From Rhizodiscina lignyota (taxonomy: Eukaryota): a DNA stretch of 64,000 nt. The notes below the pieces were generated by a model, which was given only the letters and a program-made list of their open reading frames with translations, ran no database searches and had not been told where the DNA came from. Within the stretch, counting starts at the first letter, position 1. Every line of letters begins with the position of its first letter. Below are positions 52,739 through 62,387 of the stretch, one piece after another. The DNA is taken from the NCBI GenBank assembly GCA_010015805.1, contig ML978123.1, positions 2,604,001 to 2,668,000 of the forward strand, given 5' to 3'. Made by a program: the position numbers and the translations under genes.

Positions 52739-54715
52739 TTACTGGCCACCGCAGAGGAACGTGGCGAAGTTGACGTTGTTGTTCGCACCATCGCTGAAGT
52801 CCGTGTCCTGCAGACAGATGCTGCCATTGAAGCTCGCGAGCAGACCAAGCTCGGCAGAGGGACCGGCGCTGCCACCGCACGTGTTGTCGGGGAAGAAGCG
52901 GATCGTGCAGTCGGGGAGGTCGGTGAACTGGACGCTGTCGAGACCGCCTGCACCGCCGGCGTTCACAGGCTGGCAGCTACCGTCAGCGGGAACAGAGATC
53001 GGGGTGTTCGTGTTGATGACGCTGGCGTCAAGGTTCTGGCCGCAGTTGGTGTCAGAGAAGGACGTGAAGCTGATGGTCTGGACGGGAGCGGCCGGAGCGG
53101 GGGTGATGGTACCAGCATCAATCGTGGTCGCGGTGCTGGAAGAGCCGGAGGAGTCCGTTGTGGAAGAGCTGGAGGAGTCCGTTGGGGCAGAGCCGGCGAT
53201 GGTGACGCATGTGCTGAAGAGCTGGGTGGAGGTGGAGAGGATGGCCTTCTTGTTGGGGAGGTCATTCACGTTGCCGACACCGCCGAATGCATCGAGCTCA
53301 GCAGCAAGGCCGACATCGAAGTTCACACCGAGCTGAGCGTTAGGATCACCGCAGACACCGCCTTCGGAAGCAGCGTTGGCGGAGAGATCCATGGTGACCT
53401 CCGGAGCACTCAGGGACAAACCAGCAGCAGCACCCTTGCCGAAAGCCTCAACGTCGATAGCCAGGTCAATGCGAGGGCCGACAGAGCCGGAGACGGAGAC
53501 GCTGCCATCGAGGGTGGGTCCGATAGGAGTGAAGGTGGGGTTGAAGCCGTTGAAAGCGTTCTGGGTGGAGTCGAAGAGGTCGATTCTGGCAAGAGAACTA
53601 TCGGGAATACTCATATCCACACCAAACGAGAGGTCAACCTCGGCAGTAACCTCGGTGATTCCGACAACAGCGACAACGTTCAAGCTAGGGCCGATGCTGC
53701 CGATGGCCGGAATGCTGAAACCACCTGGGAGCGCGAGATGGTCAACAAGAGGGAAGGTGTCCGAGATAGCGTCGGTCAACTGCGCAGAGAGCTTGAAGTC
53801 AAGAGTGACGGATGCGCCAACGCCGCTAGGAGTGAGCGAAAGCTCAACCTTAGGGGTGTCGGTGTTACCACCGATATTAACATCAAAATTTAGAGTCCCA
53901 CGTGTAGCGCAGTTATTACAGTCAAGCTCAGCGCTAACGCTGTCGCTCAACTGCTTGCTGAAAATTTGGCCGGAAAAGTCGTGGCCGACACCAATCGGAA
54001 TGTTCTTGTCGATATTCGGAATCGGTAGAGATATGCCGAGAAAACGCCTCTCGAGCTCGCGCTTCTCCTTCTCTTGCTTCTCGAGCTCCTGCGCGTTTCC
54101 GATACCAGCACTGGAGAAGTGGAGGTTGAAGGTGTGAAGACCCTCCTCCCAAGTCACCTTCTCGGTCTTGAACGTTGCCGTATTGCCGTTGAACGAAACA
54201 CCAGTGGCCTTGAATGGCTGGCGCGGGTTGTCTCCACAGTTAGGGGCATTTGTGACCAGGAGAATGCTTCGTCCACCTTGGTTGACCCAACCGAAAGAGT
54301 TCTTCGCAGCGTTCATCAGCGGCTGGCTCTTGAAGGTGAATGCGACAGATTTGCCGTCGGCGCTGCAAGAAGTGCTCTTCAGCTGGCTGGAGAACTTCTC
54401 CATGGACAAGACACGATCGTTGTCACCACCGGCATAGGCCGTCAGATTGGCGTTGGGGTGATTGGGATCCTTGCCCCAGTACCAGCTGTCAGCGGAGACC
54501 AAGTCAACGCCAACTGGATCATCGCGTCTCGTAAGTCCCCTGAGTGCTGGCACGTTGTGCGAGACGGGTTGCAGCTCCGTGATGTCCGGACGAGGGGCGC
54601 GCTTGGTGACAATCTCCATAGTTTTCGTCTCGTGGACGGGCGTAGCTGCAACATTGCTAACAAAGCTAGACAGAGCTAGCGCAGAAACAGCAGAAGACAC
54701 AGCGTTAAAAAGCAT
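52739..54715 (-). CDS. Secreted 658-aa protein: signal peptide, dibasic sites, beta-rich core, Ser/Thr linker and small Cys-containing C-terminal domain
   Basis: Single long codon-biased ORF. Signal peptide MLFNAVSSAVSALALSSFVSNVAA, KR/RR sites, a DCNNC motif and an S/T-rich spacer. TATATAA about 200 bp upstream. Confidence 0.8.
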   Translation of the reverse strand: MLFNAVSSAVSALALSSFVSNVAATPVHETKTMEIVTKRAPRPDITELQPVSHNVPALRGLTRRDDPVGVDLVSADSWYWGKDPNHPNANLTAYAGGDNDRVLSMEKFSSQLKSTSCSADGKSVAFTFKSQPLMNAAKNSFGWVNQGGRSILLVTNAPNCGDNPRQPFKATGVSFNGNTATFKTEKVTWEEGLHTFNLHFSSAGIGNAQELEKQEKEKRELERRFLGISLPIPNIDKNIPIGVGHDFSGQIFSKQLSDSVSAELDCNNCATRGTLNFDVNIGGNTDTPKVELSLTPSGVGASVTLDFKLSAQLTDAISDTFPLVDHLALPGGFSIPAIGSIGPSLNVVAVVGITEVTAEVDLSFGVDMSIPDSSLARIDLFDSTQNAFNGFNPTFTPIGPTLDGSVSVSGSVGPRIDLAIDVEAFGKGAAAGLSLSAPEVTMDLSANAASEGGVCGDPNAQLGVNFDVGLAAELDAFGGVGNVNDLPNKKAILSTSTQLFSTCVTIAGSAPTDSSSSSTTDSSGSSSTATTIDAGTITPAPAAPVQTISFTSFSDTNCGQNLDASVINTNTPISVPADGSCQPVNAGGAGGLDSVQFTDLPDCTIRFFPDNTCGGSAGPSAELGLLASFNGSICLQDTDFSDGANNNVNFATFLCGGQ

Positions 54716-56511
54716 GATGGCGGCTCTGAATGATCGATGTAAAAATTGTTCGTAAATCCGAGGGAATGAATCTAGGAAACAACGAAAAAGGAAAAGACGA
54801 AAGGAAACAAGGAAATAAGGAAAACAACAGTTAGGAAATTCGTTTGTTTGCTTTGGATATTCTCTTGTTTGATGGAGAGAAAAACCAGTGGAGGAGGGAA
54901 CCTACATATCTTATATAGCTGAATACCAAGAAGGTGAGATGTCTTGGCTTGCAGGCTGCGAGCGAACATGCCGAACACAGTCTTCTCCACAAAGTCTTCG
55001 TCTAGAAATCGGCATTGTCTAGAATGGGCCAGGACGTAGCAGGGGCACAACCGCAGTGTCCGCACGTGGCGTCGTGGAGTTAAGGTGGCTGCATTGGCCA
55101 TAACCTAAACTTAGGGGCCTCCGGAAGCCACCCGAGAAGGCAAGGGTCGCAGATAAGAAATGAACTGTCCTGGAGTCAAAAATAACCTTAAGTGGTGTGT
55201 AGGCCAATGAGTGGCAAGCTTCACTGTGGTGGTGCAGATTTTGAGTCGAGATGCAGCTGAAAGCGCGGCATCAGCTCAGCACTAAATTTAACGGGTACCT
55301 GACTCGGCGCACCTCCGGTGCCACGTGATCCCACTATTCCCGTTCTATCACTGCTTCCCGATCTTGCTAATCTTGCCTTGCTCCCTCCCCAACCCAGATG
55401 AAGGCCGAAGAAGAACTTACCCATTTCGTCACTGTATCAAAGAAGGCTGGGACTGTGCAGAGGAAAGTGCCATCCCGGGTTGCTTCGAGGACAGGGTGCT
55501 GACCAAGCTTTCTACAAGCTCATGTCTGGCCGCGCTCTCGCGAGCTTCAACCACCACTCGTCCGCAGTTGCCCACCCCTCTCGCCAAGTCGCCAAGATTC
55601 TCGCCGATGATGTGGCTCGTCCTGCTGACCGCCTCTCCGCCTCTCCGCCTCTCGCTCTCAAGCGCAAGCGCCGGTGATTAGTCGGGATCGTAAGGCGGCC
55701 GCTCGTTCGTCGGAGCGAGCACCAGTTCCTACGACAGAACGACAGACTTGACTCTCCAAAGATCTCACCTGTTCTAACCTCTTCGGTAATTCCACCACTA
55801 GCACGGCAGCATTTGTGTCTGCGCCTCTCCGGTTTGAATGATGCATTTTTCCTAATATGGCACCGTGGGTCGGCCACAGAGCTACCCCTTCAACTGACAA
55901 TTTCCACGCGACGCGGAGTTCCATCTCACTCGAATCGCAGCAGCCAACGATTTCACTAGTATCATTGATCACCTATTCGATGCTCATGTCATCCTCGGTC
56001 GCGTGCGTTCCATATCGGGCAACCACTGGCTGGCTCCGTGTAAGACTTAGAATTTGTTATCCAGTCTTCAGCATCGCCCCTTTTGATGTCCTTCCACCAA
56101 AGTGACATTCAAGACCGTTACGACGGCCGCTCCCAGACCTTATCACGTCTTGGCTTGCAATATTTTGGGGCGCGTTGGACAAGCTACAGCATTTGCCAAG
56201 TCGTAGATTAGCGGGATATCGGCTGTCCATCATCCACGGACCACGGCACCACCAACTTCACCGATTCCGAATCGACGTGCCGCCAGTGAGGACAACGGCT
56301 GACTCCGGGGGCTTGTGCACGTTGGCAGCTCTTAATCGACGGCGTCAGTTTATTACGAATTACAGGCAGGTTCTCCAAGAGGCAAGAACGGCTCTTTCGC
56401 AAATGAGAAGTCCAACACTGTCTGGAATTCAATCTAAACGAAGGTGGTACGGATGTGAATAATACAATTATTTCCGCGTAGTCCCTCTTGTCAACTCTCA
56501 TCAAATGGAGC

Positions 56512-58192
56512 CTAGTTGTTACCCTTGCCAGCTGCTTCCTTTGCTGCGATCTGGTTGGTTACATGTCAGAGATATCCTGAATCGAGCGTTCCTCTTATGG
56601 GGATCGGCCTACCTGGGCTTCGGTGCTATACGAGGAAGAAAAATCAGCACTCCGTGTGATATTATCGCGGGTGGGGTAACTTACTGATGCGCTTCACGCT
56701 TGTTATTCTTGTTCGCGGCAGCTTCTTTCGCCGCGATCTAACCTGGTGATTAGAGCACTGTTGCGTTCGGGTAGTACGACGAAACATACCTGAGCTTCGG
56801 TGCTGTAAGACGGAAACCAGATTAGCATCTCCGCCTGCATACATCTGCAAGAGAGTATGACTTACTGATGCGCCTCAGGCTCGCGTTTCTCCCAAGATCC
56901 AAACTCATCGACCTCGCTGTCCCACGGGCCGAACTCATCAGGAGCAGGGACGTCGCGAACCTTGTTGTTGTTCTTGTTGGCAGCAGCTTCCTTAGCTGCG
57001 ATCTGAGCCTCCGTGCTTCATCGAGAACATCGATTAGTGCTGTTCACAGTACCTCTACACGACCAACTCACTGGTGGGCCTCGCGAGCCTGGTGCTTGTT
57101 GGCAGCAGCTTCCTTTGCTGCGATCTGGGCCTCCGTGCTTCACAGAGAGGAACAATTTAGTATAATTTAGGATATCCTCGTGCCGGAGGAAACTTACTGG
57201 TGGGCCTCGCGGGCCTGGTGCTTATTAGCAGCGGCTTCCTTTGCTGCGATCTGGTACCGAAGTAAGTAGGGTGTTAATAGTCGAAGACGGCCGACTGTAC
57301 CTGTGCTTCCGTGCTGCACAGAGAAGAGCGATTAGTACTGTTCAAGGTGTCCTTGCACCACAGGAAACTCACTGGTGGGCCTCGCGAGCCTTGTTGTGGT
57401 TGCCGGCAGCGGCTTCCTTTGCTGCGATCTGGTACAAAGGTAAGTAGGGTATTTATCCTCGAGGACGTTTGACAATACCTGAGCTTCCGTGCTAAACGAC
57501 ACGAATTAGCAAACTTTTCGAATTTGAATACAGGTCCGAAGAACATACTGGTGCGCTTCACGCTTGTCCACCCAAGAGCCGAACTCGTCAACCTCGCTGT
57601 CCCATGGTCCAAATTCATCCGGAGCAGGGGTATCGCGGCGCTGGTTGCCCTTTCCAGCTGCTTCCTTTGCCGCAATCTGGGCTTCGGTGTGATGCGCCTC
57701 ACGCTTGTCAACCCAAGAGCCGAACTCGTCAACCTCACTGTCCCACGGTCCAAATTCGTCTGGAGGAGGAGTGGCACGGCGTTGGTTGCCTTTGCCAGCC
57801 GCTTCCTTCGCCGCAATTTGGGCTTCGGTGTGATGCGCCTCTCGCTTATCGACCCAAGAGCCGAACTCGTCGACCTCGCTATCCCATGGTCCAAATTCAT
57901 CTGGAGGAGGGGTGGCCCGGCGTTGGTTGCCCTTTCCAGCCGCTTCCTTCGCCGCAATCTGGGCTTCGGTGTGATGCCTTTTATCAAACTCTACGTCGGG
58001 AATCATAGCCCTCTCAGCCGGAGAACCCTTGTGATGGATCAGCAAACATCTCCATGAAGGGGATTAACGGATGCGTACAACATAACGTCTCTCTACGTCT
58101 GTACTCGGAACTCCGAGAGCGCGTCCAGCGACAAGAGGACTAGAGGCCAAAAGGCCAAGAACGAAAGCCTGCGTAACAGAGACGGAATACAT
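56512..58192 (-). CDS. Kex2-processed repeat protein (KEP) / putative RiPP precursor; 12 exons, 353 aa
   Basis: Exons 58192-58079, 58027-57549, 57491-57479, 57428-57373, 57313-57301, 57250-57198, 57137-57072, 57015-56866, 56802-56790, 56737-56685, 56625-56613 and 56550-56512. All introns are GT-AG, total 1062 nt, open frame. Signal peptide, then 9x HHTEAQIAAKEAA and 4x PDEFGPWDSEVDEFGSW separated by KR/RR/AR/VR. Confidence 0.9.
57552..57976 (-). repeat. Three near-perfect 141-bp tandem coding repeats within precursor exon 2
   Basis: The 47-aa unit EAHHTEAQIAAKEAAGKGNQRR(A/D)TP(P/A)PDEFGPWDSEVDEFGSWVDKR occurs three times, differing mostly at synonymous sites. Confidence 0.95.
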
Positions 58193-58348
58193 GGCTGCTT
58201 TCGGAAAAGAATGTATACAACTGAAGAAGGATTCAAAAGACTGCCCAGCAGTGGAGTAGAATGCAAATGAAGAGAAGGAATGAGAGCAAATGAGAAGAAA
58301 TGTAAGCTTGAAGTGGCGTGATGAATAACAGCAGACGGCTGAATGGCC

Positions 58349-58355
58349 TTATATA
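58349..58355 (-). promoter_or_regulatory. TATA box of the precursor gene, within the divergent promoter
   Basis: TATATAA on the minus strand about 160 bp upstream of the ATG at 58192, followed by a pyrimidine-rich leader. Confidence 0.5.
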
Positions 58356-58832
58356 TGGTGGACAGGCGCACCGCAGATTCAGTGTGGCTCACCACTTACC
58401 AGTTCGCTAGAGACTACGCGGCGGGAGGAGGCTCGGTTAGTGATTGGATCTTCATTGAGGGATGAAGACTTGTCCGTTGAGTGTTTCCGAGCTGTTCTCA
58501 ATCGCACATCATCGCCGTGGTCCGTCTCCTACGTGGATACTGGTCCTTGCACCGTAACCGCCCGTTTTACACTTCTGATACAAGAAACATGGCGTTCTTG
58601 TCATTCCGTGGTTAGGCCGAAAAAATTGAGGTAAATATATCCGGAACTGTCTCAGGACGAAACTAAGGGGAATAGCATTCCTTTTTGCAATTTTGCTTGT
58701 GCATCGAGTCATTGTATGAGAGATATCGGCTGCTTCGCTGTATCCTCATTTTTCAGATTTTTCTCATTCGCAACTTCCTCAAGCATTCTCATTTCCAATT
58801 TCTTTAAAATACTACCATCGAATTCAGCTACA

Positions 58833-59723
58833 ATGAGTCACAAATATCAGTCTTTACCCTTCGAAGCTGAGAAGCACTATGCGACTCACTCCGATTCCTC
58901 ATCCACAATCGGCGATCCCGACGATCTAGATGCGAAATCAGACCTCGAGTTCGATGAGGTCGAGCTCGGCATCCAAAAACCCTCCCTCAGAGAAAGGCTC
59001 CGGCTATCATGGCTTTGGCCGATCCATGCCATTCTTTTCATGACCTCCTTCACGCTCTTCATGTTCTCAATCACTCTTCAACCATCGACATTACAGCATG
59101 TCGAACAATTCTCCGCCTGGTCACCGGCAGAGGACGCTGTCAGTTACGAAACAGTTCGATTTAACATCACGACGAAAGAAAATCGATTCGTCGGCTCTGG
59201 CCCCGCAGTCGATCAAGCCTGGAGAGAAATTTCATACGATGTTGGCGACCAATGGCTGTCTAAGACCGACCTCGCGAGGCTCGGCATGCCTGAGACTTCC
59301 GTGAAGGTAGACCACCCTCAGACAGGTGAGGAAGGTTACCGTGTAGGAATGGAGGTATTTCACCAGCTCCACTGCCTCAACCTTCTCCGAAGGGTGACGT
59401 ACAAAGAGTACTACGAGCCACTCGGGGGTGAGTTTGCGGGTGGGCGCAAGGAACTGCAGGAGCATACAGGTAAACACTTTCGTCCCCCCTTTGGTTGAAC
59501 AGCACTGAACAAGCGTATAGACCATTGCATCGAAGTACTCAGGCTAAACTTGCTCTGTAACGCGGACATTGGTGTCTTTACGCTCTACATGGTGCCCGGA
59601 GATCCATTGGCATGGCCCGAGCTCAACTCCAAACATGTATGCCGGAATTTCGATGGCGTGCGGCAGTGGGCACTTGACAACTCGGTGGGAAACATGGAAG
59701 CGGGCGACTTAGTGAACAGTTGA
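58833..59723 (+). CDS. UstYa/DUF3328-family oxidase 1 (exons 58833-59469, 59521-59723)
   Basis: N-terminal TM helix, GPAVDQAWREI, first HxxHC (VFHQLHCLNLLR), second HxxHC across the intron (HTDHCIEVLRLNLLCNADI), and HVCRNFDGVRQWA. Confidence 0.93.
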
Positions 59724-60753
59724 AGCCAAGGTCAAGCGACGATGTAACTGTACTCCGTAGAATAGGGAGAAATGGCACAATTTTATGAAACGTCGGCATC
59801 GCTTTAATCGATTCATGTTCCAACCAGCAACGGGGAAGACTGCTCGAGCCTTCAAGTGCCACCTTCTTGTTACAAACATTAGCTAATGGTTGCCGTGTAC
59901 ATGCTGTTTGTTTAAGCTCGACGCTTAAGGTTGATGTTAGTGATGACGCCTTTGTGGAGAAATGCTATTAGCCGTCGAAACGTCGCCCCACAGTCTGTGA
60001 CATCTCGCTTAGCGAAACTAGCCACATTAACCCCTTTTTCTCCCTTGCAACAACATCCCATAAATCTCGCTTTCGGGCCATTTTGTGAGGACTCGTTACA
60101 GAAGTCCGGTCTCTATCCGGAAAACCGGTCGACGGGTGAGACTCGATTGGCTCCTGTCCATCTCCATCAGCGTGAACCCCTCCGCTCTGAAACGATGTCT
60201 CGGCTCCTAGCGCTCGTCAAAAGGCGCCGTCCAGGTCCTTTGTTTGACATTGCAAGGTCGGGGACTGCCAGATCAGGATACAAAAAACAATTGTGAGCTA
60301 ATTAACCCGTTTGGCGCCTCCGAGTCAAGCGCGTCTCCGACTGGTCGTCTGTGAATTCCGACCAGCCGCCGTCTTTACAGCGCACACCATCGCACCTCAA
60401 ACAGCGCCATCGGGGCTCTTCTGACTGTGCTGTTAATGTGGATCTGACAGCGTCTGTTACAACTGACCGTGAGCAAAATTGAGTGCAAACATGTTTCTTG
60501 TCTCAGCAATACGGACTTTTAGTCGAGATAATGGCTCGGTAGTTATCTTCCACCAGAGCAGACGGCAGAAGGTGTGCACCCAACCACACGTTCACTGTTT
60601 TCCGCCCTGATACTTCCTTTCGCATACTATAGTAATTTGGTCTGAATTTCCGAGACTCTGAGAGTCCAGTCTTCTATTCAGCTTGACCGTTTTCTATCGT
60701 GCACTTCCATTCCACAGACCGAAAAGGAAGACGTTGTCGCTGCCGCCTTACGA

Positions 60754-61844
60754 ATGGATGAGAGCAGATATCCCATGTTGCCGCTCCGTCGGATTGACGA
60801 AGATGAAGAGGAAAAGCTTGGAGATAATTACTCAGACAGCACTAAGATATCGTCGAGATCCACATCACCACACGTTAAGTTTCTGTCACCGATACGAGAA
60901 AGCGAAGAGTCCAACCCAACTTGGTCGCACTTGAGAGAGGGCCAGCCAAGAAGATCAGAAGCCTGCTTGACGTGGGCGCGCTGGGTGGTTGTAGTGTGTC
61001 TGCAGTGCATTCTTATCGCAGCGGTCCTGCTTCCACGGAGTGCGGGTGTGAGAGAGCAGCAAGCGGAACTCCAGGGGAAGACTGTCGAGACCGGAGATGA
61101 CATCAATGGCTTATACAAGACGCGTAAGTCCTCTGAAGATACTGCTGAAGCTATGGAACTAACAGTCTTCATATTAACAGTATCACACTCGTACGAGTAC
61201 CTAACATTCGACGCTGAGAAGTTCGTTCCGAACATGACCACGAACGCCAATCGGATGGAAGTGAGGAGAAATTGGGATATGCTCATGCCGTGTAAGTATT
61301 TCATGAGCCATTGCTCTTCCCATCTCCTGTCTGCCATTCTTCTTTGACATCTCGTCCTGGTGTCTCAATCCGTTCCGACGCTAATTGAAATAAATAGTGG
61401 GAAGTGGTAGCGTCGCAATCCCGAACTATCGAGACCACCCTCTCCTCGGGAATCCCATTACAGATGACCCAATCCGCTCCGGCCCCTTGTTTGAGGCTTC
61501 CTGGACACACTCTTTACATTGTGTAAGTGCCTATCGTTCATCCTCTATCTCGCACCGCCGAACACATTACCAACACTGTGCAGCTATACTACGTTGTGGA
61601 CTCCTACCACCAACTCATCGTCAACGGCCGTAGTGATGTCGACAACCCATATCATGCCACCCATTGCTTCGAGTACTTGCGCACAAGCATTGTGTGCAAC
61701 CTCGACATGACGCTCGAAGGAGAGCAATCGACAGGGGCCGATAAAGAGAGGGGACAGCCGCATGTGTGCCGGAACCGTGAGGAAGCCGTCAAGTGGATCG
61801 AGGACAGGAGAGTGGATGACATGCAAGATATTGTCGGGCCATAA
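60754..61844 (+). CDS. UstYa/DUF3328-family oxidase 2, four exons
   Basis: TM helix, NWDMLMP..GSV, WTHSLHC, HATHCFEYLRTSIVCNLDMTLEG and HVCRNREEAVKW: two HxxHC motifs. Confidence 0.92.
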
Positions 61845-62387
61845 ATGCAAAGGTATCCCGCGAATGAGGACAATGCGTCTGCTGGTTTCAGATCGCCACT
61901 CGAGAAGAGCTGTGGCTGTCGTCAAGGAGACGATTGCCGAATTCTAGCGTTCCTTCGCAGAACATTGTGCTTAAGGCTGACAAGGCTTCTGCGGAAGTTG
62001 AACTGCTCCTCCACTGGGGGTGTGCGCGGGTGTTGCTGTTACTTCTGCCGAGCTCGAACCCCTTCTCGGCGATGTGGGTGGCTGGCTCGGAAGATGCTTC
62101 CAAGCTCAAATCACTTCGCAACAAACAATGCAGCTTGTGCAATAGTTGCATGTACTGAAATCAAATACAATTCCATCGCCTTACAGGCCGCAATAATTCT
62201 CTGACATTCATGGATGCCTCAGTCTGCGATCAGCTATGCCTATCATTGCAGTCAAAGAACAAACAACCAAGAGATAGAAAAGGCATATGATAACGACACA
62301 TCGATATATGTATCATGCATGTTGAAAAGCTCGCTAAAGTCTACAGGATATCCTACTTATTACATGAAACTGACCAAGCTCCAAACC

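Noticed and set aside
52574..53893. 439-aa plus-strand ORF
   Set aside because: Antisense shadow of the codon-biased 658-aa secreted protein, with no independent motifs.
56512..57548. Regularly spaced short repeats with variable spacers, superficially CRISPR-like
   Set aside because: The spacers are GT-AG introns with branch sites, the repeats are coding exons, the genome is eukaryotic and no cas genes are present.
57274..58057. Alternative-frame and antisense repeat ORFs (237, 177 and 134 aa) over the precursor
   Set aside because: Repeat differences are mostly synonymous only in the HHTEAQ frame, and only that frame joins the signal-peptide exon.
56512..58192. Alpha-factor-type pheromone precursor interpretation
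   Set aside because: It shares KR and EA processing signals, but the peptides do not resemble the short WC..GQPC-like Pezizomycotina pheromones, and the adjacent DUF3328 genes favour a RiPP/KEP.
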